Both the position numbers and the translations under genes were made by a program. The notes below the pieces were generated by a model. That model was not told the origin of the DNA. It was given only the letters and a program-made list of their open reading frames with translations, and searched no databases. From Planctomycetota bacterium (GTDB lineage: Bacteria; Planctomycetota; JAJSAM01; JAJVHW01), in the NCBI GenBank assembly GCA_965248445.1, contig CBDFJG010000004.1, forward strand, positions 1 through 64,000: 64,000 bases of DNA, given 5' to 3'. The stretch's first letter is position 1, and every line of letters begins with the position of its first letter. This document shows positions 1-9,539 of this stretch, piece after piece.

Positions 1-279
1 GCTCCCGCACCAGCCCCTGCTGCCGACCGAACTCCTCCGTCGGGCGATACCGACGACGGGAGTGCGGCCGACAAGAAGCTCTCGACGTCGAAGCTCGGTC
101 GCAAGCACAAGCTGAAGGCCGCCGAGGTGCTCGCGCGATTGGTGGCCCGAGGCCTTCTCGTCCCCGCCGGCGACGACCACGAACTCACGCCGGAGGGCAT
201 CGCGGCGGGAGGCGAGCGACGGGTGTCGAAGCGGTTCGGGCCGTACTTCCTGTGGCCCGAGGACCTCGAACTGAGATAG
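1..279 (+). CDS. C-terminal part of a protein with a winged-helix-like tail (resembles C-termini of PLD-family nuclease proteins)
   Basis: Frame 1 is open to TAG at 277-279: KLSTSKLGRKHKLKAAEVLARLVARGLL...LTPEGIAAGGERRVSKRFGPYFLWPEDL; family call from recall. Confidence 0.5.
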   Translation, partial: APAPAPAADRTPPSGDTDDGSAADKKLSTSKLGRKHKLKAAEVLARLVARGLLVPAGDDHELTPEGIAAGGERRVSKRFGPYFLWPEDLELR

Positions 280-303
280 CGACGCCGCGGCGAGGAGCGG
301 AGC

Positions 304-1660
304 ATGGCTGGCAAAGGACCGTCGGAGAGGGACTTGGACGATCCCGATGCGTTCCGCTCGGTGTGGGCGATCCGCGACGCCATCCACACGCGCGTTCACG
401 CGGAGATGCTCTTCGACCTCGTAGAGAACCACCTCGGCGACGCGGCGTGGGTCGAGGACGTACAACGCCGGGACGCGCCGCGTCCTCTTCCGACGCGAGG
501 CGCCTGGCGCTGACACGTTCATCCCGTGGCCGCTCGTGTCCCTCAGTACCAAGGGCAGACACGGGGCGGTCGTCATGGTCGCCGCGCCCGAGGGCGCTCC
601 ACTGGAACCGCCGCCGCGACCTGGGCGCGTCCCGAAACTGCGGAACCTCGGACCCGGCGAGGTCGTGATCCACGACGGACCCCAGTCAGCAACGATCACG
701 TACGGCGATGACGGGCGCTGGAAGGAAGTGACGCGCGGCGGGCCGAAAGACACGCTCTGGGGCGTGATCGCGGCGCTGGCGAAGAAGTCGGCGAACCCGG
801 TGGAACTCGTGGCCGAGTTCATCGCCGGTCTCGACGTGGCGCAGCATGGCCCGGGTCGCGTCCACCTGCCGGTGCGCCTTCCCGGCGGCGTGCAAGGCGT
901 CTGGAACTGCGGGCTCTTCGCGCTCCGCGAGGCGCTGTTCGATGGCCGCGTTCCTGGGAATGCGCGGTGGGCAGCAGCCGACGGGTGTGTGGGCAAGGCC
1001 ATCGCTTGGGGCGGCTCACCTGAAGAGGCGATGGCCGCCTGGCGCACCGAGGTCGAACGGACTCGACCGTTCCCTCCCGAGCCGGAAACTCCGCCAACCC
1101 CTCCGCCCGAGGAGAGCGCCCGGACGACATCCGACCCGGCGGCCGGGACGTTCGGCGTGTCGATGACGCTACGCGGTCCGTCCAGCGACGTCGCTATGCC
1201 GGAGCCGAGCGTTGCGAACACACCAGCCGTTCTGATCGAGCTTGGTCCCGCCACCCGACTACGACCCGCCGATCGGGGTCTGGACCCGCCTCCTCGGCCG
1301 ACACGGCACGACGATTCACGGAGCCCTTCGCCGAGACGAGAACGGCTTCACGCTGCTCGGGGACCGGCTGGCCGCGGTCATCGAGTCGGAGGATCTCGAA
1401 GACCTGAGGCGGCGTCTCACGGTCGCCGACATCGACCACGACTCCCGTCCGATGCCCACCTTCGAGCGCCCGCCTGGGTTCCCCGAACCGCCGACACCGA
1501 CCAGCACGGTCCGCACGTACAGCGTCGTGGACGAAGACACGGGTGCTCCGACGGCCGTGACGTTCAAGTCGGGGTCAAGGGGCGTTGGGTTCCACGCGCG
1601 CAGTCTCGACGGGATCAACTGCGGTGGTACGTGGTCCGGCAGCGATGGCTGGGTCGCTGA
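304..1660 (+). pseudogene. Hypothetical gene with at least two frameshifts (~480, ~1243)
   Basis: Protein-like sequence passes from ORF 304 to the 536 frame (VLFRREAPGADTFIPWPLVSL...) and then to the 1242 frame (VPPPDYDPPIGVWTRLLG...). Confidence 0.45.
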
Positions 1661-1688
1661 CCCTCGAGCGGGTTCACGGGATGGTCTG

Positions 1689-4499
1689 TCACGATCCGAC
1701 AGCCCGGACTCCCCGATACGCGTACGGGGACGCCGGACGATCCGGCAGCACCATCAGCCGGGAGAGCGCTGTCACCGCAGCGACCACCCCGTCGATGCGC
1801 TTCTTCGAGTTCGTCTTGATCGGACGGACGTTCTCGTTCGCGTCCTCCTTCACGGCGGCGTTCGCGACGCACCACGCCATCGTCTTGTTCGCGTCGTGGT
1901 GGACGCGGCCAGCCTTCGTCAGCGCGTAGAGCACCTTGCAGGCGGCCGACAGCGTGCGCGGTCCCTGCCGCACCTCGACCGCGTCGAAGCCCGCCTTCTC
2001 AAGTTGGAGCGCGAACTGCAGCGCGTTCCACGGGTCGTAGCCGATCTGCTTCACGCCGTAGCGCGGCGCGATCTCATCCACGATCGCGCGGTAGATGAAG
2101 TCGTAGTCCACGACGCTCCCGGGCGTGGTGCGCAGGTGTCCGGCGCGCACCCAGACGCCGTAGTCCACGCCGTCCTCGCGCGACCGTTCGTGCAGCCGGT
2201 CTTCGGGCATCCAGAGGTAGGGGACGACGGCCAGGTCGTAGTTGATGGAGAGAACGCGTTTCACCGGCTCGCCCCCCTCGTCCAGGTCGGCGACCTCGAC
2301 GCTCGGCGTGTCCGGCGTCGTTGGCGGCAACCGGAAGACCAGCACGAACGCCGTCAGGTCCGTCGTGCTGGAGAGGTCGAGCCCGCCGGCGACGGGGAGA
2401 CCTGCCAGCGTCTCTGCCGCTGGGAGCGCCGGGCACGCCTTCCACCACTCGATGGGAATCCAGACGTCGGTGGTCTTCGTCCAGAGGTTCAGGTGCAGGC
2501 GCTTGAAGGCGTTCTGCTTGCGGGGCTCCGCAATGGCCGCGCGGCACTCGGCTTCGAGGTAGTCGCGCTTGACCGTCACGTCGAGCGATGGGTTCGCCTT
2601 CGCCCACGTCGCCGGATCGCGCCAGTCGTCCTCGGGCGACGCCTCGAAGATGATCGGCAGGTACGTCTCGTCCTCGATCACGCCAGACATCACGCGGCGT
2701 GCGAACTCGTACTCCTCGTAGCACACCGAGTCGTGGTCATCGCCCGCCGTCGTGATCAGCACCACGATCGGCTGGCGCCTGGCGGCCACGCCCTTCGCGA
2801 GCGTCTCGTAGAGCTCGCGGTTCGGCTGCGTGTGGAACTCGTCGAAGAGCAGCGCGTGGATGTTGGGGCCGTGCCCTCCCTTCACGTCGGACGACACCAC
2901 CTTGAACGACGAGCGCGTCTGCGGCACGACGATCGACCGGCGGAAGGTCTCCGAACGAGACGCGAGCGCCGGACACAGCTCGTTCATGTCACGCGCCTCG
3001 TTGAAGACGATGCCCGCCTGCTCGCGGTTGGCGGCCGCGGCGACGATCTCTGCACCCGGCTCACGGTCGCAGTGCAGGAGGTAGAGCCCAAGCCCCGAGC
3101 ACATTCCGCTGTTGTGCGTGGGCACCATTCCATCGCCGGCGAGGAACAGCCCGTCGCGCGCGTCCACCTGGATGCAGCGCACCGGCACGGACGGAACCGG
3201 GTCGACAGCGACTACGTAGCGCGATGTCGAGCGCGGACGACGCTTCGGACGCGGCCTGAGTCGATTGCGTTTCCACGGCGTCCGGAACACCGGACGGTCG
3301 TCGGCGAACGAGCGGAACTGTATGTCGTAGCAGGCACCGCAGTCCTTGCCGTTGAGGACAGCCCGCTCCTCGCGCACGGACGGCTTGAACCCGAGGCTGC
3401 GCAGGAGCTCGACGATCCCGTCGCGCAGCCGCGGGTGGATCGTCGTGATCTCGCACTCGCCTGCCTTGCTCGCCGTGCCGTCGGTATCCATGAGCCCCCG
3501 CGCGAGCGCCATCCGCTGCTCGAACGAGGCGCGCAGGTAGACCGCCGGGATGTGCTTGTCCCCGAGCAGGCCGAGTTCGCGGAGCACCCGCTGGAGCGAC
3601 TTGCCGTCAAGCACGCCGGGCTCGTTCTGGAGACCGAGTCGAAAGCGCGAGCAGCCGCGTTGCGCCGCCGTCTCGCGCAGCGGGATGCCCTCGTCCCAGA
3701 CGTGCGCCAAGATGTCGAGATCGCGGTCATTGATCGTCACGCCGCTTCCCGCGGAGTCGCCGTCCCCGAGCCAGACGCCGAGTGTGTACGGCGGAACCGG
3801 CAGGTTCACGGGAGGGAGCCGCATCGCCGCCGCGACGGGGATGCGGTGGTTGTTCGAGCGCACACCCGCGCCGACGTAGGGGCCGCTCGGCGTCTCGTGC
3901 AGTTCCCGCGTGGTGCGGATCGCTCCCATGCGTCCCTTGGCCTGCTCGCCTGCGGCGCGCGACTCGGTGTACCAGAGGTGATCTGCGTCGGCGACGAGGG
4001 ACGTGCCGTCCGAGAAGTGCACGCGGAAGCACTCGTGGCCGTGCATGACGCCCGTGGTGGCGACGACACGCACCGGCCTGCCATCGGCCCCGAACACCCG
4101 GCCCCCGCGCCGCAACTCGCCCATCGTGCTCCAGCCCTCGGGTGTGGGGATCGGCGTGTCGAGGGCGAGCGCCTTCCCATTCTTCTTCGCGATCTCCAGG
4201 AAGACCCGTCGGAAGCGGCGACGCCCATCGCTCGCGCGCTTCCACCCAAAGAGCGGACGGACGAGCAGGTCCCTCTGCCAGTCCAGGAGCTCGAACGCAC
4301 GCCCCGCGAACTCGCCCTTCAGATGCCGCAGGAACGCCGGGAAGAACTCCACCGCGCGTGAGGCGTCGGCCTCGTCGAAGTAGTACTTCCCGTCCTCGTC
4401 GTCGATCGCGATCGTCACGCCCGGCCAGCGGCGCCTGGCTTCAGCGTTCGCGAGGACGGCGGCAACCGTCGGGTCGGCGTCCTTCGCGTTACGTCCCAC
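1689..4499 (-). CDS. terL: Terminase large subunit (Terminase_1 type) containing an intein
   Basis: Q motif LLDWQ, Walker A IAKKNGK|S split by insertion, Walker B LLFDEFH, ITTAG, nuclease motifs GGLDLSSTTDLTA, YDPWNA, IDGVVA. Confidence 0.95.
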   Translation of the reverse strand: MGRNAKDADPTVAAVLANAEARRRWPGVTIAIDDEDGKYYFDEADASRAVEFFPAFLRHLKGEFAGRAFELLDWQRDLLVRPLFGWKRASDGRRRFRRVFLEIAKKNGKALALDTPIPTPEGWSTMGELRRGGRVFGADGRPVRVVATTGVMHGHECFRVHFSDGTSLVADADHLWYTESRAAGEQAKGRMGAIRTTRELHETPSGPYVGAGVRSNNHRIPVAAAMRLPPVNLPVPPYTLGVWLGDGDSAGSGVTINDRDLDILAHVWDEGIPLRETAAQRGCSRFRLGLQNEPGVLDGKSLQRVLRELGLLGDKHIPAVYLRASFEQRMALARGLMDTDGTASKAGECEITTIHPRLRDGIVELLRSLGFKPSVREERAVLNGKDCGACYDIQFRSFADDRPVFRTPWKRNRLRPRPKRRPRSTSRYVVAVDPVPSVPVRCIQVDARDGLFLAGDGMVPTHNSGMCSGLGLYLLHCDREPGAEIVAAAANREQAGIVFNEARDMNELCPALASRSETFRRSIVVPQTRSSFKVVSSDVKGGHGPNIHALLFDEFHTQPNRELYETLAKGVAARRQPIVVLITTAGDDHDSVCYEEYEFARRVMSGVIEDETYLPIIFEASPEDDWRDPATWAKANPSLDVTVKRDYLEAECRAAIAEPRKQNAFKRLHLNLWTKTTDVWIPIEWWKACPALPAAETLAGLPVAGGLDLSSTTDLTAFVLVFRLPPTTPDTPSVEVADLDEGGEPVKRVLSINYDLAVVPYLWMPEDRLHERSREDGVDYGVWVRAGHLRTTPGSVVDYDFIYRAIVDEIAPRYGVKQIGYDPWNALQFALQLEKAGFDAVEVRQGPRTLSAACKVLYALTKAGRVHHDANKTMAWCVANAAVKEDANENVRPIKTNSKKRIDGVVAAVTALSRLMVLPDRPASPYAYRGVRAVGS
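3111..4172 (-). mobile_element. 354-aa class 3 intein with LAGLIDADG homing endonuclease
   Basis: Starts ALALDTPIPTPEGW, ends VPTHN/S; W (DHLW), C (VRCI), T (THN) triad; LAGLIDADG-like LGVWLGDG and ARGLMDTDG. Confidence 0.92.
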
Positions 4500-4986
4500 C
4501 GGACGCGCCGAAGAACCGCTCGAAGGCCGGGTCCGCCGCGGCGCCCGGCGCGTTCGGGACCTGGACGCGGGCGCGCGAGGACGGCGTCATCCCGAACTCC
4601 ACCAGGACCCGCACGAGCTGCTCGGTCGCCTTGGTCGCGATGGCGAGGTAGGGCGACTGCATCGGGTAGCCGTTCGGCGACATGATGATCGTGCCGTGCT
4701 CGCGCAGCTTCTCCTCGGCGTCCACGAGCCGCGCCCATGTGAGGCAGTACGTCGTGAGCGCGGCGCCGTCGATCTCCGACAGCAGCCCGAGGGCGTGGAG
4801 CTTCTTGGCCATGCGCCGCCACTCCGAGCGCGCCTCGCCCTGGAGCACCTTCGGGCACTTGGGGATCACGGCCTTCGGCCTCGGCTCCTTGGCGTTGAGC
4901 TTGCGCTTGCCGGGGTTGCCGGCCAGCACCTTGAGCGCCGTCGGCTTGGGCTTGCGGCCGCCGCCTGGTCCGCGCGACCTACCCAC
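4489..4986 (-). CDS. terS: Terminase small subunit, P27 family
   Basis: GRKPKPTALKVLAGNPGKRKLN...W...YC...QSPYLAI...EFGMTPSSRAR; GTG start after GAGGT. Confidence 0.92.
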   Translation of the reverse strand: MGRSRGPGGGRKPKPTALKVLAGNPGKRKLNAKEPRPKAVIPKCPKVLQGEARSEWRRMAKKLHALGLLSEIDGAALTTYCLTWARLVDAEEKLREHGTIIMSPNGYPMQSPYLAIATKATEQLVRVLVEFGMTPSSRARVQVPNAPGAAADPAFERFFGASGGT

Positions 4987-5305
4987 AGCGCACCTCTCGT
5001 CGAGGGAGCCGCACGTACCGGATCGGGATGCCGATCGCCTTAGCTGCTGCGATCTCCGTTGCCATCCCGTCGGTGGGTGGTCCGAGGACGAGGACCTCGT
5101 CGGCGACCGCGAGCCACGCGAGTCCGGCGCCGATTCCGAGGGCGCGTTCTGCTGCGTCACCGTCGTCGAGAAACGTCGGGTAGAGCAGATGCGGCGCGAG
5201 CGGCGCATCCCCGGCGCGTGCCACCTCGCGGCACGCTGCTCGAGCAACCGTCGCGTTCGCGGCGACGTCACCACGGAGGGGCGAACAGACGAAGACGCGC
5301 TTCAT
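4979..5305 (-). CDS. DUF4406/DUF7768-like protein (nucleoside deoxyribosyltransferase-like fold)
   Basis: VFVCSPLRGD...APHLLY...CDE-like ADEVLV...GMATEIAAA...IPIRY; overlaps both neighbours. Confidence 0.75.
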   Translation of the reverse strand: MKRVFVCSPLRGDVAANATVARAACREVARAGDAPLAPHLLYPTFLDDGDAAERALGIGAGLAWLAVADEVLVLGPPTDGMATEIAAAKAIGIPIRYVRLPRREVRCG

Positions 5306-6702
5306 GCCGCGACCTCAGCAGTGACACGCTCGGCGGTCTTGCCGGTGAAGGCCTCCCACCGGCGCACGACCACGTCGCAGTACTTCGGGTCGATCTCCAT
5401 CGCGAAGCACCGCCGGCGCTGCCGCTCGCATGCGATGAGCGTGGTGCCCGATCCGCAGAAGGGCTCGTAGACCTCGGGGAAGTCGTGGTTCGCGACGGGG
5501 CGCTCCATGCAGAGCAGCGGCTTCTGCGTCGGGTGGTCGAACTTCTCCTCCTTGCTCCCGGCCATGAGCTGCTTGGGAGACGCGACGTCCCACAGGTTCG
5601 ACTGGTCGCGGGTGCCGATCCACCGCGCCGACTCGCCCTTGCGCACGGCGTACCAGCAGGGCTCGGTCTGGTAGTGGTAGTGGGTCCGACTCAGGACGAA
5701 GTGCGGCTTGCGCCAGATGACCATCTGCCGGAGCTCGAGCCCGATGCGGCGCAGCCCCTGGCCGACGTCCACAGTGAACGACGAGGCGTGCCAGACGTAG
5801 GCGACGCGAACGCTCGGCGCGAGCTCGAACGCGTCGGACCAGTCGGCCTTGGTGTCGCCGGAGATGGTCGTGTTCTGGTGCCCGTCGCGGCGCTGCATGT
5901 AGGACGCCTGCGCGGGACCGAGCGCGTTCTTGCCCGCGCGATCGCGCCACTCCATGTCGAGCTCGACGCCGTAGGGCGGGTCGGTGACCAAGAGGCCCGG
6001 CGTCGCGCCGTCGAGCAGCCGCGCGACGTCTGCCTCGTCCAGCGAACTGCCGCAGAGCAGACGGTGCTCGCCGAGCAGCCACAGGTCTCCCGGCTGGGTG
6101 ACTGGCTCCTCGGGCGGCTCGGGCACGGCGTCGGGGTCCGAGTTGCCGCGGGCCGCGGCGCCCGCGCGCGAGCCGAGCTTCGTGAGCATGGAACGCAGCG
6201 CGGCGTCGTTCGCTTCGGCCTCGCCGAGAAGTCCCGAGAGCTTCTCCGGGTCGGCCGTCGCCATCGCAGCGAGCGGGTCGAGGGACGCGAGGACCAGCGC
6301 CTCTTCCTCTTCGGACAGGTCCACGTAGATGACGGGCACGGTCGCCTCGCCCCGGGACCGCGCGAGATCCACGCGCAGGTGACCGTCCACCAGATGTCCG
6401 GTGCGGCGGTTGACGACCACGTCCTGGACCCAGCCGACCTGGTCGAGAAGCCCGCCGAGAGCGTCACGCTGCGCCGGCGGATGCTTGCGCCAGTTCTTCG
6501 GGTTCGCGGTGATCTCCTCGGGCGAGACGTCGCCGCGTCCGACGATGCGAGAGCGCCAGCCCGGAGTCTCGGCAGACGCCGAATCGGGGGGATCCCCCCT
6601 TGCTCTTGTTTCGCGGACGCGCACGCGAGATTTTCCCGCCGGTCCTTTCGGCCGAGGCTGGCTCGTTCGATCCCGCCCCTCCCCTGCCACCTCGTCAGCC
6701 AT
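5302..6702 (-). CDS. ParB-like domain fused to N6/N4 DNA methyltransferase
   Basis: NPKNWRKH, VDGHLR (ParB/Srx); GDLWLLGEHRLLCG, TDPPYG, HPTQKP, EPFCGSGTT; start codon uncertain. Confidence 0.9.
   Translation of the reverse strand: MADEVAGEGRDRTSQPRPKGPAGKSRVRVRETRARGDPPDSASAETPGWRSRIVGRGDVSPEEITANPKNWRKHPPAQRDALGGLLDQVGWVQDVVVNRRTGHLVDGHLRVDLARSRGEATVPVIYVDLSEEEEALVLASLDPLAAMATADPEKLSGLLGEAEANDAALRSMLTKLGSRAGAAARGNSDPDAVPEPPEEPVTQPGDLWLLGEHRLLCGSSLDEADVARLLDGATPGLLVTDPPYGVELDMEWRDRAGKNALGPAQASYMQRRDGHQNTTISGDTKADWSDAFELAPSVRVAYVWHASSFTVDVGQGLRRIGLELRQMVIWRKPHFVLSRTHYHYQTEPCWYAVRKGESARWIGTRDQSNLWDVASPKQLMAGSKEEKFDHPTQKPLLCMERPVANHDFPEVYEPFCGSGTTLIACERQRRRCFAMEIDPKYCDVVVRRWEAFTGKTAERVTAEVAA
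6586..6690 (-). other. Putative cos/packaging-initiation region
   Basis: Minus strand GGGGAGGGGCGGGATCGAA...GACCGGCGG...CGCGTGCGCGTCCGCGAAA...GGGGGGATCCCCCC, between HNH and terS. Confidence 0.45.
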
Positions 6703-7834
6703 GGGAGAGGGCCTCGGCCGAGGCGAGTTCCGACACCTCCCCGGCGAGCCCGATGTCGGAACCGAAGGCGGCGAAGAGGAGCGGGAGCTCGTGGAGTGCG
6801 GCGCGAGCGGCGGGCTTGGACTGCGCGACGCGGTCGCGATCCTCGGGACGCACGCCGCGAACGCGGTAGGCGTCGATGGCGTCACGCAGCTTCTTGGCCG
6901 AGCGCAGCACCTCGGCCAGGTAGTCGCGCTCGCCGGGCTCGGTCAGCTCGCGGAGTTCTGCGAGGGTCTCTGCGCCGAGTTCGAGCGCCTGCTCGATCTG
7001 TTGGCGCGAGAGCTTGATCTGGCGGTTCAGCACCGCGCGGCGCGCGTGGGGGACGGCGCGCTCCAGGGCATCCACCGCCTCGGCGAACGCGGCGGCGCGA
7101 CGGACGGTCTTCTCGCCGACGCCAGCAGCGGAAGCGAGGCGCACCGAAGACTGGTCACTTTGACCAGTCTTCCCTCGCCGGCCGTGCTCCCGCTTCTCCG
7201 CGCTGTACTGCCGCCCGAGGTAGTACATCGCCCAGTGCGACGTGAGCGAGCGCCGGGTCCGCTGCGCCGTGACGAACCACGCAACCGCCGCCGCGCGGTC
7301 GGGGAAGGAGAGCTTCGTGACCTGGAACGCGATGCCGTCCTCGCGACAGATCGCCAGCCGGTTGTGGCCGTCGAGCAGGACGTCCTGCTCCTGCCACACC
7401 ACCAGCGCGTCGCGGCAGCCCTCGGTGCGGAGCGACTCACGCAGCGCCGCGCGCGTGGCGTCGTCCATCGGCGCACCGAGTTCGACGAGTTCGGGGTCGA
7501 TGCGGGGCGACCCGGTGGCGGCGGTTGCCTCGCGAAGAACGTAGGGAACGTCGTCTGCTCGACGGAGCCGCGTCCACTTGGGCTCGCCCTTGGCCTTCGC
7601 GTAGACGCGGGAGCACCGCGGCGGCGAGATCGGCAGGTCGAATGAGAGGAGTCCGCTCGCGACGGACTCGGCGATCTCCTCGGGACCGGCGAGCACCGAC
7701 GCCTCGACGCCCGGCTCGGCGTTGACGGTCTCGGGTTCGTCGTCCCCGCAGAGCGCCGCCTCCAGGACGGCGGAGCCCGCCGGAGTCCGCCAGGCCAGGT
7801 CGAGGTCGGTCAGCGCGACGGCGTAGCGGGTCAT
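6695..7834 (-). CDS. ParB/Srx-like domain protein with HTH
   Basis: LRESLRTEGCRDALVVW...LLDGHNRLAIC...QRTRRSLT...LASAAGVGEKTVRR; ATG overlaps HNH stop. Confidence 0.8.
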   Translation of the reverse strand: MTRYAVALTDLDLAWRTPAGSAVLEAALCGDDEPETVNAEPGVEASVLAGPEEIAESVASGLLSFDLPISPPRCSRVYAKAKGEPKWTRLRRADDVPYVLREATAATGSPRIDPELVELGAPMDDATRAALRESLRTEGCRDALVVWQEQDVLLDGHNRLAICREDGIAFQVTKLSFPDRAAAVAWFVTAQRTRRSLTSHWAMYYLGRQYSAEKREHGRRGKTGQSDQSSVRLASAAGVGEKTVRRAAAFAEAVDALERAVPHARRAVLNRQIKLSRQQIEQALELGAETLAELRELTEPGERDYLAEVLRSAKKLRDAIDAYRVRGVRPEDRDRVAQSKPAARAALHELPLLFAAFGSDIGLAGEVSELASAEALSHG

Positions 7835-8208
7835 CGGAGGACCCTTCGCCGCTTGCGACCGAACCCGCCGTTCTCGCGCACGGTTTTGCGGCCATGGCAG
7901 GAGCGGCAGAGCGTGCAGAGGTTCGACGGTGCGTGGTTCTCCCGGTTGCCGTCGATGTGATCGACCTGGAGGTGCTCGTTGGTGCCGCAGACCTCGCACG
8001 CCGGGTGCCGCCTGAGGTGCCATTCGCGGATGCCGCCCTTGCCACTCCACGACCTCGGGTAGCGCTTCGAGCCGGAGGGCCGCATCGAGTCGATCTCAGC
8101 CCGCCGCGCTCGCAGGTGCCGGTGCGCGTGCTCAGGGCAGCGCGCCCCGCCCCGCACGAGAGCAGGACAACCGGTGTGGGCGCAGCCGCGGGGAGGTCGG
8201 TGTGGCAC
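7831..8208 (-). CDS. Packaging-associated HNH endonuclease
   Basis: MPHRPPRGC...GC...C..H; HPACEVC...VDHIDG...NLCTLCRSCHGRKT. Confidence 0.88.
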   Translation of the reverse strand: MPHRPPRGCAHTGCPALVRGGARCPEHAHRHLRARRAEIDSMRPSGSKRYPRSWSGKGGIREWHLRRHPACEVCGTNEHLQVDHIDGNRENHAPSNLCTLCRSCHGRKTVRENGGFGRKRRRVLR

Positions 8209-8255
8209 GCCCCCAAAGTGCGGCCGCACGGAGTGTCGTGCCACTCGGCCCGGCG

Positions 8256-8708
8256 TCAGCGCATGCGGGCGTGGCGTGGGGCGTGCCGAGGCGAGCGGCG
8301 CACACCCCCGGCACGCCAGCCCTCCGTCTGCGCGCGGTGCTCGAGCCAGCACTCGGCGCTGCAGTAGAAGCGCTTGGGCGGCCGGATGAAGCAGCCGCAG
8401 ACCTTGCACGAGGGCGATCCGCTCAGCACGCGATCCGAGCGGTCGAGGCGCGGAAGCGGAGGGATGATCTGCATGGGTGGCGGCGGCGGGAAACCGCACA
8501 CCGGACACACGTCGATCAGCGGCAGACGGGAGCGGAGCCAACTGCGGGCGACGGCGATCTCCGGGCAGCCCATCCGGCGCATGCGTTCCTGCTGTTCCTC
8601 GCAGAGCGCGCAGTCCCCGTGCGGACAACAGGCCACGCCGTGAAGTAGCCCGGCGAGGCAGTGCTGCGCCTCGCGGTTCCACGCGATGCAGGGCCAGGAC
8701 CTGCTCAC
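8256..8708 (-). CDS. Cys-rich (Zn-finger) hypothetical protein
   Basis: CALC, CPVC, CKVC...YCSAEC motifs; GTGA overlap with upstream gene. Confidence 0.6.
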   Translation of the reverse strand: MSRSWPCIAWNREAQHCLAGLLHGVACCPHGDCALCEEQQERMRRMGCPEIAVARSWLRSRLPLIDVCPVCGFPPPPPMQIIPPLPRLDRSDRVLSGSPSCKVCGCFIRPPKRFYCSAECWLEHRAQTEGWRAGGVRRSPRHAPRHARMR

Positions 8709-9070
8709 CCATCCCACACAGGAAGCCCGTCGACGCCGATCCGCGGCGGCGCGTAGTTGGCGGAATCGAATGTGCGCGCGGCTTCTCGAAGCGCGTCTTC
8801 GCCGAGGAAGGGGAGTGCGAGCGCGTGGACCTGCGCGAAGCGTCGCCGGATCTCCTCGAACCGGTCCTGCGGGAGGCGCCCCGCGTCGAACTGCTCTCTG
8901 GCTCGCGCCACGTTGCGGCGAAGCCAGGCGTAGTACGGCGGATCGAGCCGCCGGTAACACACGCCGCTGACCACGACGTCGTCTGCGAGGACGTACGGGG
9001 GGCGGGATTCGATGATGTCGAGGTCGGTCGCGACCCACACCGCCGCGCCGGCAGAAACGCAGGTGCCCAT
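8705..9070 (-). CDS. Phage hypothetical protein (YRRLDPxYYAWLR motif); first gene of packaging operon
   Basis: Clean ORF, coupled to next gene. Confidence 0.7.
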   Translation of the reverse strand: MGTCVSAGAAVWVATDLDIIESRPPYVLADDVVVSGVCYRRLDPPYYAWLRRNVARAREQFDAGRLPQDRFEEIRRRFAQVHALALPFLGEDALREAARTFDSANYAPPRIGVDGLPVWDG

Positions 9071-9118
9071 ACTGGTGTCCTACCGAGAACGCCGGCGAAG
9101 TGGCGGTGGGCGGGACGT
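9070..9118 (-). promoter_or_regulatory. 49-bp motif, copy A (putative element-sigma promoter of packaging operon)
   Basis: 45/49 identical to 13261-13309 in inverted orientation; abuts the ATG at 9070. Confidence 0.65.
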
Positions 9119-9478
9119 GCGGGATGTCGCGCCCGCGATGCGGAGAGTCGTGCGGGATGCCGCAGAGCACTACCCGCGACGCAAGTGCCTATACTGCAAG
9201 GACTTGCGGATTGTTGCGGGGGATTGCGGGGAGTTTTGGCGCTACCCCGCAGGTGCGTGCCCGCATGTGCGTGCGCGCGTAAGCGTGTGCGCGTAAGCGT
9301 GTGCGAGCGCGCGTAAGAGATCTTCTTGATTGCTACTGCGCGCGCGCACACACCTGCGAAGGGTTAGAGAAGTATCCCGCAACATCCAGGACGTGGAGCT
9401 AAGTAGCTTCTCCACAAGGACTTCCGTTGCGGAGAACTCTGCGGGATGTGCTCCCTGACATCCCGCGCACATCCCGCA
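9118..9478. repeat. Iteron-like TGCGGGATGT repeats around an alternating purine/pyrimidine tract; putative replication origin
   Basis: Copies at ~9118, 9151, 9440 (+) and ~9374, 9458, 9469 (-), degenerate copies at ~9215-9230; GCGTAAGCGTGTGC-type tract at ~9255-9350. Confidence 0.6.
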
Positions 9479-9539
9479 GATTGGGCGGCTCGACCGCGCC
9501 GCCCCCCGGTTCCCGAAGGTCGCGGTCGGTACACTCGTG

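Noticed and set aside
1660..4361. Remainder of the 1039-aa + strand ORF 1242..4361
   Set aside because: Antisense shadow of terL; only the first ~140 codons look coding
9255..9350. CRISPR-like or coding repeat
   Set aside because: Short low-complexity alternating tract with no spacers; treated as part of the origin-like region
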